NCBI GenBank assembly: GCA_017654855.1
Contig: CM030337.1
Span: forward strand, 4,216,001-4,280,000
From: Podospora anserina
Taxonomy: Eukaryota
DNA: 64,000 bases
Reading direction: 5' to 3'
Shown here: positions 25,584 to 37,474 of the stretch, one piece after another
How the letters are laid out: the number at the start of each line of letters is the position of its first letter
Position numbering within the stretch: the first letter of the stretch is position 1
Translations under genes and position numbers: made by a program
The notes under the pieces: generated by a model
What the model was told of the DNA's origin: nothing
Databases searched by the model: none
The model's input: the letters and a program-made list of their open reading frames with translations, nothing else

Positions 25584-27088
25584 CTACAAATCACCCTCGT
25601 CACCGTTGCACTGCTGCCACATGATGACCTTGCTGACCTCCATCTGCGGGGACTTCCATGTGGGAAGCCATTGGTTTCTGGCCTCCCAAAAGTTCTTCCT
25701 GGCGTTCTCGGAAGAGTCCAGCCAGGGCTTGCCATTGACACCGTCCTCGAACCAGCCGTTGGTGCCACCGACGGCAACGTTGAGGATGAGGAAGAACTTT
25801 TGGTCAAAGGGAGCGTTCTGCCCGCCCTGTTCCCAGGGGTTGCGGATCCAGGTTCCGTTGGAGTCGGCGCTGGGGAAATTGCCGCGCTCCCAGAGCCGAG
25901 TGTCAAAGTTGGTGTAGAGAACCTGGAGGAGCCGCGAGTTGACATAGGTGAAGAGGTACTTCTGCGACCATTCGAGACCGAAGGTGTTGAACCCGGCAGA
26001 GTAGGTCGTGTGGAGCGCGGGGCGCTTGACGTTGGTGCGCCACCACGAGTCCTGGGCGGGGGAAGGACCCCAGTGAAGAGCAGAGGACATGATGTTGTTG
26101 CCACCTTGCGGGTAGGTATAGTTGTTGCCGCGGCTTTCCACAATGTCGATCTCGCCAGACGCAGGCCAGGCTCCATAGGTGTCCTTGACGGGCATCATCC
26201 AGATGGCGGGCCAGAGCCAGTCACCCTCGGGAAGCTTGGCAGTAACTTCGACACGGCCATACTTGATGGCGGCACCCGGTTTGGTATTGATACGGCCCGA
26301 CTTCACAGGGGGCACAATGCTCGAGTTGCCGTTGTTGGTGTTGGTGACAGCAACGCAGTGCTTGAACTCGGTGGATGTGCAAGTACCGTCATCGATGAGG
26401 TTGATGGTGTGGTTCTGCAAGATGTACTTGTCATCGGTCAGGGTCGCCTTGATAATGAGCTTGCCATCCTGAACAAAGACGTTCTCGTCGCCCGCAGTAG
26501 TCATGTCAAACTCGCCATTGCTGTGATATTGTTAGTTGGGGTATCGCGACATGGCAGCATTTCAGCTCAAACTCACCCGAACCCGCCCAGCTGCACCTCC
26601 TTCATCCAGACGTCAGAGTTGAAGCCCCGGCTAAAGTCTTCCTCCAACACTGGGCAGTACTTGTGCTTGACCACACTGCGCATGCCGTCCCACACCAAGA
26701 AGCCCGAAATTCCCAACCCGATAACGATACCGATCACGGGCAGAATCGTCACCCACTTTTCCTTGGGATCAACCGTCTTGGTCCACGGCTTCTCCACCTC
26801 GCCCTTGCGTACTCGCCTCGAGTGAAAGTAGCGCTGTCCCCTGTCCTCATAGCGGGCTCCCATGGCCGAGGAAGAGTCGAAGCTGCTTGGTGGGCGGGAT
26901 GCCGACGGGCTGGAGAATGGGTTGCCATTGTTGACTGATCTCTGGGAAGCCTGGGACTCGACACCATCGCCAAAGGGGTTCCGTCCGTCTGGGTCGTTCA
27001 GCGAGCCCGGACGTCGTGGTGTTGGGGCGGCGCTCGAGTTCACGGTGCCTGGTTGGCCAGGGCCATAGTAGTCTTGTTGGTGATCCAT
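25584..27088 (-). CDS. Type II membrane GH16 beta-glucanase / glucan-binding-protein-like enzyme; exons 27088-26577 and 26520-25584
   Basis: Disordered N-terminus, single TM (WVTILPVIGIVIGLGISGFLVW), GH16 motifs KYGRVEV, GDWLWPAIWM and catalytic GEIDIVE, plus PFDQKFFLILNVAVGG. Intron 26576-26521 reads GTGAGT..CTAAC..CAG. Confidence 0.9.
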
Positions 27089-30000
27089 GTGAGATATTCT
27101 TGGGCTTGTTGATGGGCTGCTGTTTATACCAAGTTGGCGGGGCCGGAGCACAACGCCGTCGAGCTGTCAGGGCAGCAGGAGTTGGAGGTTGCAAGATCAA
27201 CGAGAGTAAACAACCAGGGAAACGATCGTGGGGTAGAGGGAGGGGTTGAATGGGCGTGATGGACACCAGTCTGGTGTTGCAGCAGAGACAAGCACAAATG
27301 CCAAAAAAAAAAAAACGAAAGAAGAGGAGCTCCGCACCCAACAGCAAGGCACGGTGGTGGTGGTAAAAGCGGGATGTAGGGGGAGCGTTACGCTGGACGC
27401 CCCGAAAAGGGATGGTCATAGGCCCGGGCACCTCTCTGGGCAGCTGAAGGCATCCGGAGCTGGCCATGCGTCTGGGCGCCCACCTGTGCGAGAGTTTATC
27501 GCCCAAGGGGCCCCTTGTCTGTTCGTATGGGTGGGTCCCGTCGCTGGGCTGCAGGGGCCAGAATGGGTCAGGGGATGCCTGCCTCTTTCGGGTAGCGGTA
27601 AATCTCGCGCTTGTTCGCTGACAGTTGACTTTTGACAGCTTCCACAACCCCACCGATCATCACCGGCCCAGGGCGCGATGGAGATGATCTCGATCTTCAG
27701 CCAGCAACAGCCGGACGATCTGCGATCAGCAGCAGAACCATGGTCTCGCCAGGCCTAGTGTATACTACACATTCTTCAGCACTTCATCCTCCGGACCCCC
27801 CAATGGCCTCATGGGATGATTGAACCACCCACCAGGGCACACTGGGCGAATCCGAACACAGAAATGCGGTCGTGTTACCCTGCAAAGCAATCCCTTCTTT
27901 TCTCAGCTCGCCAATGGATCGGACAGACAGACTTTTCTTGGTTGACAGCGTGGCTAGCGTTCTGGAGCGGTGGAAATGTGCGATGCTTGTTTGGCATCTG
28001 TAAAGAGTGTACGGGCGCGTAAATTACGCAGTACGAATGCAATCGTAATGTTCGGTTAACGAGGGTCTTGAACATGGGACTGTGGCTGGGCGCCTCCCCC
28101 CTGTTCCTGCAGCTTCTCCTGCCCACCACCTTCACCTCTTCGTCCTCTTCAGGTTAGACCTAGACATCATGCAGTAACCGCTTGTGGCATTCAGTGATTC
28201 CCTCTTGGGCCTGTGCTAATTTCCACAACAGCTCCAGCGCATCGATAGCGCCTTTTTCTGTCGTGCCACAAGGCATGGAACGCCTGGTCGCCTTGGAGGT
28301 CAGTGCAAACAGGCCTCAGGGAATGCGATTGCTTCCTGTGTGCTATGATGCCTTCCAGCCGCAAGCTCCATGAAGTGATATAATTTCACGGAGTGGAATT
28401 CTGAGGGCTTTTGAACCGAGCTGAAGAGCGCCGAGCCGGTCCGCACAACAACCAATTTCTCTGAGGCATCCGAAGAATCTCTCCAAAGGTGGGTTTCGAT
28501 AGTTTCACCGGCCGCATGGCACTTGTGACGATATCTCCCATGCTCGGAGGCTTTTCTCCTTCCCGGCAAAGACACAAGCACAGCCCAGGCAGAGACAAGC
28601 TTCTGAAGATCATGAGCCGCAAGCCGGTTCTGAGAATTGGGAACGTTTATCTGCTGCGGGGGGGTCGAATTTCCCTTCCCTCATCTTCAGCTCACAATAT
28701 TAGACGCCCTTTCTCCTCTCGCCGGTGCCATGTCCATTTTCCTGCACGCCACTGATAAGCTGGATGCAGTCACCGCATTCCCTTCAACACACCGGGCCAA
28801 CAGCGCCCCCTTATCATTGCGAGATGAGCTCGATGAGGTGTGCATCACTCCTTGGTCAAGCTCATCGGGTGGTGCGGCGAAACAGGCAATTGCCTGATGA
28901 AGCGGCTTGGTGATTTCACCTCGACTGTTCTAGACCCTGGACGTGTCTTTTCGATGCCGCGTATATTGGGAAGGGGCATTACCGCACGAGAGGCTGGCAG
29001 ACAGGTGTAATGTTAGGGCGTAGCGTCATATTGCCTCCTTGTGAAGCTCTCACCGCTGCTAGCCTTGTCAAAAGTCCACCTTGCCCGTCGTCACCGAGCC
29101 GCACAAGGAGGCTACCTCATCATCTTTCTCGATGGCCTGCAGTACTCGCCAGTAACGACAGTTTTCTTGTAGATCACCTCAGTGCTTGTTTCACCGCCAC
29201 GGACGATAGGTGGGCTTGGTGCTGCTGATGACGGTGTAGTGTTCTGAGATAAGGTATCCTGCCCCGTAGCATATTTTGCAAACCGCGTTAACGTGAGATG
29301 CGGCTATAGACGTGTCTCACATCGGGTGATGAATACACCACTGCACATGGTCAGATACCTTCGTACTACGTTTCCTAGCATCAGTTGCGTGGAGGCTAAG
29401 TCCATGTGGAGCTGGTTAGGCACCTATAACAGGTCGACCCACCTATCTGTCTCCGGGCATCTCTCAGGCAGGCAGAGCTAGACGCCCGAAGCCCATAGAA
29501 CTAGGTAGGCATGAAGTAGCTATCAAACAAACAGATAGGTATCTTCATACGCCCAGTTTTGAGTTCTCAACATAGGTACGTTATTGACTAGTAGTCTTTG
29601 ATTTAGTGGGACGGCGAGATGGACCTTGGAGAGGCTATTATCAACAAGCTTCCATGTCTCGCCCACAAGAATCGCCAGCGCATTGGTTTTCCAGACAATA
29701 CTAATCTATACTCGATCTCAAACGCAGCAACCGTCGTGGACAAAAAGGTGGAGACTGCTACTTGGTTCGAGCCACTGGAGGATAGTTATATTGGTGCAAA
29801 CAAAGAAATCATGGGTTGGGCCTGTGGCAGGAGGATGAATAGCGAGCATGACAATTCGGCTGCCTAACGAAAATGCCCGGTTTCCACTCCACAACCGTCG
29901 CCACATGGGATGGTGAGCACTCAATCGTAGCGTTGAAACAAACACCTCTATTTTTGCTCTAGGTAGACATCATCAATTCTAGATCGATGCGGCAAGAGCG

Positions 30001-30548
30001 GCGATCTGTGTGTTTCAAAACCTTGGCACGGCACACTCCCGGGCACCGGACCGGGGTTAGAATCCATGAAGTGGTTCGTACGGATCTCGAGGCCCAGCCT
30101 CTGGCGGTGCTTACATACGGGTTGCCATGTCGGGAAAGTCTAGTACGAATCTGTCATTCTCATTCGCCCATCAGCTGTAGCCTTCTCGGCTGCACTACCC
30201 GCACCGTTCATAGACGATTCACAAACAGATTCTTACGTCAGAACTCGAATCGCAAAACCACGGAGGATCAGAAGAGGCACTAGAGCAGTTTAACAGTAAG
30301 TTTCTATTCACGACGATGCCTAGGTATTGTGAGCGTGGTAAGGTAGTTTGGCGATGGGATCAGAATGAGGTACATCAAGATTCAAGCAGGAGGACATTGG
30401 GGGCGATGGAGTATTAATACCAAAGAGAGGAACCATTACCTACCTGAGATACTACAGATATTGCCATCTCGAAGGTCAACAACGACATTCAAAAAAGTAG
30501 AACCACCCAGAGACCCAAGACAAAACCAGACTTCAAAAAACCACCAAG

Positions 30549-31529
30549 ATGGATCCCACCACCTACCCTCCTCCTCCAGGCCAAACCCGCCGTTATGCAC
30601 CGCCGACAAGATCAGGAACCGTCCGCTTCCGCATTCCCTCCACCAACGACATTGCAGAGACATCCTACTCTATATGGGGCAACCTTTCCAGCAAAAAGGT
30701 TCCCTTGATCTGCGTCCATGGCGGCCCTGGCATCCCTCACGATTACCTCCTCCCCATCTCTTTGATCAGCACCGACTACACCATACCCGTCGTGATGTAT
30801 GATCAAGTTGGCTGCGGCCGCTCCACCCACTTTTCTCCGCACCAGTATCACCCAAGCTTCTTCACCATCGATCTTTTCCTCGCCGAGCTGGATAATTTGA
30901 TTCGCTGCTTGGGCATCACCGTATACGATCTCTTCGGTCATTCCTGGGGTGGCATGCTCATCTCCTCCTACGCCTTGACCCAGCCGGCCGGTCTCCGCAA
31001 GCTCATTCTGTGCTCTACCCCCTCCAGCATGAAAACATTTGTTCAGGTGGGCGCAGAACTGCGATCCTTTCTGCCACTGGAAATCCAGGCTTCGTTGTCC
31101 GACCCCCTGAGCCCAGAGCACGCCACAGCAGCCATGGAGTTACACCGCCGTCATCTGTGTCGAGTCGAACCGTTCTTCCCAGAGGAACTCATGACTTCTT
31201 TGCATAGCCTTGCCGAGAATGACACTGTTCATCACGCCATGAACGGAGGCCCAAGCACACCCGCCAGCGTTGATATCAACGGTTCGCTCAAGGACTGGAG
31301 TGTGGTGTCTGAGCTAGGTCTGGTGACGGAAAAGACAGTCCCAGGTGGAGTGCTGCTGATAAACGGATACTTTGACTCGGCGCAAGATGCTTGCGTCCTG
31401 CCTTGGTTCTCCAAGACCAAGGCAAGGGTCAAGTGGGTGCAGTTTGCGCTCAGTTCGAGCATGCCCCATTTGGAGGAAACAGACAGGTTTGTCGGTGTGG
31501 TGGGGAGGTTTCTGACGACGCATTCTTGA
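30549..31529 (+). CDS. Proline iminopeptidase / L-amino acid amidase-like alpha/beta hydrolase (catalytic His apparently substituted)
   Basis: HGGPG oxyanion motif, YDQVGCGRS, nucleophile GHSWGG and C-terminal FALSSSMPHLEE in an intronless 326-aa ORF. Confidence 0.85.
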   Translation: MDPTTYPPPPGQTRRYAPPTRSGTVRFRIPSTNDIAETSYSIWGNLSSKKVPLICVHGGPGIPHDYLLPISLISTDYTIPVVMYDQVGCGRSTHFSPHQYHPSFFTIDLFLAELDNLIRCLGITVYDLFGHSWGGMLISSYALTQPAGLRKLILCSTPSSMKTFVQVGAELRSFLPLEIQASLSDPLSPEHATAAMELHRRHLCRVEPFFPEELMTSLHSLAENDTVHHAMNGGPSTPASVDINGSLKDWSVVSELGLVTEKTVPGGVLLINGYFDSAQDACVLPWFSKTKARVKWVQFALSSSMPHLEETDRFVGVVGRFLTTHS

Positions 31530-31841
31530 GCGGAAGATTAGCTGCGGTTTCCTCTTGTTATTGTTTTGCTTTTTTCTCCTTTTAGTGGAGCCTACTGTAC
31601 GTTGCGATTGCGAGAAGAGTTTCTGTCATCATTAAGTTCATGTTTCGAATGTCTTGCATAAAGCTCCATATCTGTACCTGCCTGAGTTGACCTGTACATG
31701 TTGATCGAGTTTCCACGATGCCACTTAACCCTCCGAGTGGTGAATCAGGCATATTTCAGGGGTTAAGCCCGGCAAGGTTTCTGGTTGTTTCTTTCACACA
31801 ACATACCCAGCCTACTCTCATACCTGACGCCGTCCCAGCCC

Positions 31842-34228
31842 TCACTGAAAAGTCTCAGCTTCCCCGAGCTGAATTCTGTAACACACCTTTGCGCACCCCT
31901 CAGCTGCCAGCGCCAGCTCATGAGATCCGGTACAGTCATAGGCAGTCTTTAGACAGATCCAACAGTCAAGCTCTCCGGGCTCCATATACCCCCATTTTTT
32001 CACAACCAACCCTTGATTTGACCCCAAACTTCCACCCTCGATCACAAACCCCAGGCATCGCAGAGCCTTCAAGCCAATCTCGATCGCCTTTTGGGAGTTG
32101 GAACTAAGGCCTGCTCCTGTCAATGTTAATGCGCACGCGAAGTCCCGGTAGCCAACCCATAGGGTCAGGCGCGGCACCCCCTCCGCGGGCTTGATGTATG
32201 TCTCCTCCATCTCGGCGAGCAGGTCGCTGCTCTTGCGAATCAGGCTTGCAATGCTCGCAGTGCCGGAAGAGCCGCCACGCCGAGACAGGAGACGGAGCAA
32301 CTGTTGAAGTGACTCTCCCAGTCTCTTCCTTTTGGCAATAACTATGTCGCTTGTGTGGTCATCATCCTCACACATGGCACAGTCGCAGACAAAAGCCCAG
32401 TTTATGATATACTTTTGCTGATGTTGCGGATTGAAGGGGTTCAAGTACTGAATGGTGATCTCGGCATCGACAGGAATGTCCGCAATCGCACGTACGATCA
32501 TCATGTCCCCGTTGAAGGAGCGGAAGGCGTTGCTCAGACAGGAATGGTTCATATGAGATGCAAAGGTCCAAAGACCCAGCGAGGGAAATAGGTTGCCGAG
32601 GCGGTCAATTCCTACCGGCCGCTTGAGAGCACCAGCTTTTTCCGGAAATTTGCAGCCGAAACTGTTCAAGAGGAGGATGCGGGTGAGGAGAAACCTGGGA
32701 GAATCATCCCATTAGTATGGCAAACAGGGCCCGAGTTCGACGGCCGATGATGAATCGAGCACACTCACGAGTCAATGACTGGCATTCCGTCAATGATGTC
32801 AAAGGTGCCCTGAACGGGCGAATATGAGCCGCAGTGGAGGCCCTTGACCGCAGAAGTCAGAGAGGGATTCCGGTAAAGCTTTTGCACGAGGATGGTGATG
32901 AGTTCCGGCTGGGCTCCAGAGGTGAAGCAGTTGGCATTGACGTCAATCAGGAGATTATCACCAGCCTGCTGCTGTCACCGCTCGTTCCCTCACCCTCATG
33001 AAATGCGTATGCAAACGCCTTTTCACAAAACAAAAGATCACCTGTCTTGACTGCTTTGGTGGTGAAAAGGTTCCTCCCACGGGATCCAGACTGACGAATC
33101 TCGACGGGGCCAATGTATGTTGCATGGTCGAGCTGAGGCGGGCGAAGGCGAGCAGCCTCTGCATGAAGCTTCTTGAATTGGTATTTACCGGTGGTCTGTT
33201 CAGCAAGCCGACTCACTGCCTCGCTGAGTTTAACCTTGGCTGCTGCATTGTCGGGGTAGTCAAGGCAAAGGGCTTTGAGAGCCTCACAACACTCCCGATA
33301 TCTCTGGAGGCTGTACAGTGCCTGGGCTTTGCGAAACAGAGCTTTCTCCTTGGTCTTGCCGTTGACAACTTCCAACACAGAGTTGACATCCACAAGAGCT
33401 GCATCAAAGCTGTTGGTTCTGAGAAATGCCAGGGATCGGTTGAGCTTGATGATGTGGCACTCATCGGCTCTGGGGGAGGAATCCAGAGCTCTGGTGTAAC
33501 TTTCATTCGATCTCAGGATAAGTAGGCTTCCCACATCAAAGACTAGACTGCTTACTGTTCAACTGCGGCCTGATATCTTGATTGACCAAAAAATTCGTTT
33601 CCCTTTGTTTTCCAAAAGTCGGCGCTCTTGAGCTGGGGGTTCGTGAGCTCCGAGTGCCAACAGGAGGGAACGCGTTTGTCATGCGCCAGTAGGAAAACAA
33701 CATCGGAGACGTGGTCGACGCGCAATCCGTGCCGACCATCAGCGGTGAGCTTCAGGTATGGGTCTTTGATGATCAATATTCCGCCAGGGACAAGAATGTC
33801 TTCCGTCATCTCAACCTGATGATAGAGCTGGAGCAAAAAAACCTCGCTCTTTTCGTCCTCCACAATGGCCATGACGGCAGTCATTCGATTCTGAGGGGTG
33901 AGTACTCGAACTAGGAGATATGTGCCTCTGTGATGGGTTTCGAGCACGAGGTTGTTGAACAGGACTTTTCCAGCTCGCAAAATGGCCGGGTACAGGGTGG
34001 GTAGGGCGCTGGAATGAACGACGTGGAGGTCTGCAAGGAGCCAGGACTGCACTGCTGGCTTTGCTGTCGTGCCGCGCGAGCGATGTTGAATTTGAGAATC
34101 GTTTCTATACGTTCATTTTTTCGGGCAGGTCGTTGCCCAGCATAGGATTGGGCATTGCGAAGCATTCGCTTCTGATCCTCGATGCATTCCAGAATCTGTG
34201 GAAAGTCTTGAGCTTGGAGAGTGTTCAT
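31842..34228 (-). pseudogene. TPR + SET domain protein gene with at least two frameshifts (pseudogene or assembly errors)
   Basis: Coherent protein text (LETHHRGTYLLVR, TPR KALFRKAQALY, SET GRNLFTTKAVKTGDLLFCEK, MNHSC, EITIQY, post-SET CDCAMC) switches frame at ~33966-33969 and ~32950-32974 with no usable splice sites. Genuine introns lie at 33555-33500 and 32768-32695. Confidence 0.75.
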
Positions 34229-34616
34229 CGTGCTGGGCTACTATGGTTGAGAAACTAAAGGGGAAAGGGAGAGTGAGAGCAGAGGGTAGAGACTGAGGAA
34301 ACCTTTGGATGGGAAAGAATGATGTTCCTCGTCCCTATAATAAAGTCGATGCTGCGATGATGCCACCAGTAGGACACCGGCATGGCGGTTGGCCTCAGTG
34401 CAGTGTTTGTCAACCCACTTCCCCAATCATCGCTCTCAATCCGGTCGACAAGGAGGATATTGGAAGCAGTATCGTGTTGGTTGACTTTCCTGCAAACATC
34501 GGGTACATATGCAGGCAATCAAGCGTGGATAACATTTGCTTCACAAATTTAGCCCCATATGTATGGGTATGTACCACCATCGGGTAGGAATGTCCAGCAA
34601 CCTAGCAGTGCGGTTC

Positions 34617-35183
34617 CTAATAATTATATCTTGAACACGTCCCAGCTACCATACCTTCGGGCATCGGAAGTTGAGAAGAAAATAAACTAATCACCGCTAC
34701 CATCGTCATGGTTAAGACCAGGCATTTGTGCCACCTGATTCCTCTTGTGAAGAACATTTTTTCCAGTGGAATAGACATAGAGACGAGGATAGTGAATGAC
34801 GGCGACAAAGACGTCCTCGCGAGCCTTCTATAAAGAAACGTGCTCGTTTGCGCGTCGTCTGCATCGAGAACGAAAAACCAGCCATCTTCACGGGCTGCCT
34901 CTTGCCTGCTGGTGCTGATACCACACTTACCAAAGTTATTAAACTGGACCGATACCAGAGGCGCAAGTGGCTTTTTGCGGTCATACCAATTCAACTGTCG
35001 CCTGATAGCATCGTGGCTAAGATCAGGGCTGAGCATCGAATGATGCAGGCTGTTTGAGCTTGCAGCACGTAGATCTGGATGGTCAGATGCTTGATATGCC
35101 TCTGGAGGAAAACGCAAGCCTGGTAGAAGCAGTGTTGTGATTGATGCTGTGTAGCCCAAATGCTTGGGTTCCGCTCCAATCAA
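34617..35183 (-). pseudogene. Possible degenerate gene remnant
   Basis: Protein-like segments (IRRQLNWYDRKKPLAPLVSV; RARFFIEG; EDVFVAVIH) lie in different frames around a GTAAGT..CAG intron-like segment. No ATG-initiated intact frame. Confidence 0.25.
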
Positions 35184-35463
35184 GCCCTGCGGTCATGGCA
35201 ACAAATATCAGAACAAGATGAGATTGGTTCTCGGTTCATCTACACGCCTTGTTTTTGGAGCTCAAGGTATGATTAGAACTCAAAATTCTCAGGTAGGTGT
35301 TCTCTTCACAGGGTGATGGCACTGCTGGGAGGCCTGGTGAATGCCTTCGAGCGGCAGAAGTGGAGGGCCAACTGGAAGAGCGCACGAGACGAATCGTATG
35401 CCCACAAGATTTGCATGCGCGCACGGGCCATCCTCCCACCTTTATTCGCTTTCCTTTTTCTTC

Positions 35464-35632
35464 ATACTTACCTTGGCCAGCCTCCGGGAGATCACGAATT
35501 CCTAGAGGTATAGCGAGCAGCCATCATTGCACAAAGAGGAGTTGCTTGTTATCGTCTGCCCTTCGGGGTCGTCGTGGCCGGAATTTTTGATGTTTTCCAC
35601 TACTTTTCATTGTGAGCCTGACTCGGTCGGGC
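35464..35632 (+). ncRNA. U1: U1 spliceosomal snRNA (3' end uncertain, ~35595-35632)
   Basis: 5' ATACTTACCT (anti-5'SS). Helix H GGCCA 35475-79 / TGGCC 35575-79. SL1 CCTCCGGGA-GATCACGAAT-TCCTAGAGG (U1-70K loop). SL2 ATAGCGAGCAGC..ATTGCAC..GTTGCTTGTTAT (U1A loop). SL3 GCCC-TTCG-GGGT. Sm site AATTTTTG 35582-89. Confidence 0.93.
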
Positions 35633-36220
35633 CATGAGGAAGAAGCAGACTGCTATTTAATTGGCATTGACCTCATCACCAGGCAGTCTGCATTGCCGTC
35701 AGCTGGGACCACAGTCGCTGACCTGCCGCAGCTCACCATTGAGAGCTCAAAGGGTCGAAATGCCACTTTGATGTGACCGGACGCGACACCACTCGACTCA
35801 CCATCGGCCCTCACAGCTCCTCTGCCTCCATTTCAAGCTCCCCAGCGCATGATCTGCTCCTCACGACCGTCCATGTCCTCATTGCTCGCTCTTTCCGCCC
35901 ACGACCCCAAGTGTGAATGGGGGCCTTCCGGATTTTACCCAACAGAAAAAGGAATCGGCCGAATGCCCCACCTTGAGAGCATCATGGGATCGTGAATACC
36001 GTCAATCTGGCACGTGCCTTAGACTGGAACTTGCCCCCTCGCCGCCGCCGCCGGGTTGGGTCTCCATCATGCTCACTGTTTAAGAGCGTTGCCCGTCTAT
36101 AGAGGAGATAAATTGCGCCTCCTTGGATCCTGTCCTCGGTTGGATGTACAATATCTTGACCACGAAATGACATAGTCCAATACACAAATTTCATTGCTCA
36201 CCCCGTCATCGCTGTTTACC

Positions 36221-36886
36221 ATGCGCTTTCTCATCCCTCTTGCGGCCCTCTTCACCCTGGGCAACGCTGCTGCCGTCCACGAGCCAGACGAGACAGTCAT
36301 TTTTGGGCAGGCCGGCCCCGACAACAAGACCTTCCGGCTCGGCTTCGATCTCGTCCCGGGCAGCTACCAAGTCGGCCACCACACCTGGTACAGCCCTTAC
36401 AAGATCACCAACATCACGTACTCTTCACCAGGAAACTTAGCAGCCCGCGATGACCACTGCTATGAGTCGGTCAAGATCCATGACCAGACCAACCTGCACT
36501 CACCCCAGAGCAAGGACTGCGAAGTCATATACGACAGGATCGTCGGCCCAGGCACTTGGTATAAGCGTCTACCTTGGGTCACCAGCGCTTACTGACCTTT
36601 CCTGCCCAGGACCGTTCTCATGTGGTTACAGCACCAGCTCGTCGAATATCGAACCTGCGCTTACGGTGTCACCGCTTTCCGGAGCCGCAGCGGCAAGGCC
36701 ATTTTCGCCCATATTGGCAACGACGACATCAGGGACGTCTTGAGGAGGACCATCGATAGCTACAGCAAGGAATTCTCTTCTCATGGCACAAGAGTCCAGT
36801 CATGGGGCCAGTTTGTCTGTAAACCTTATGATGCCGAGGTGGAGTGGGAGATTTATTACCAAAAAGGATTTCCCGATGACGAATAG
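36221..36886 (+). CDS. Secreted Ecp2/Hce2-like Cys-containing effector-type protein; exons 36221-36558 and 36610-36886
   Basis: Signal peptide MRFLIPLAALFTLGNAAA and LAAR processing site, followed by C..DQT..SPQSKDC..GTW..LVEYRTCAYGV..IGNDDIRD..GQFVC..VEWEIY, the Ecp2 pattern. Intron 36559-36609 splits the Trp codon. Confidence 0.8.
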
Positions 36887-37474
36887 TCATGGGCTTGGGA
36901 GAGAGGGTTGGATGGCTGGAATTGAGTACCAGTCTTGAATTAGGATCTGATGAGTTTGCGCACGAGCTATGCAGTCGAATAGAAATATTGGTTCTCAACC
37001 CCCCTCGTTCGAGCCTCGTCATGCGGCGGGATCTTTCTGTTGATTGGTGCCGTTCATGCTTAGCTATAAATGTGTCAGTGTCAATTCCTAGCTGGAGTCG
37101 AAGGCATGTTTTTAGTGCGCTTTCACTTGAAGAGATGGAAAACTGCAGACCAGTAGGACGGTGACAGAGCAATAGGGAGACCTCAGAGAGGTACCAAGCC
37201 TAGCATGTCTGTATGGAATGCTTATGGACAGTTTGAGTAAATAAAATTAATCATCTCGCAGTTGCAGTTGGTTCAAGCGATCACCTTGGTGTTGGGATGT
37301 TGTAATCAGCTCGGCTTGTGATGAACCAGTCAAGGTAGCAATTCAAACAGCATGGCCCAGTATCAACTGTAGACTTGTTGGACGCGGAGAAAGGATGTTG
37401 GCGTAAAGCAGGTATGTGCTCAAATGAACTTGCAAACTACCTGAGGCACCAACTTTTGTTCATCTGCCTCCTCT

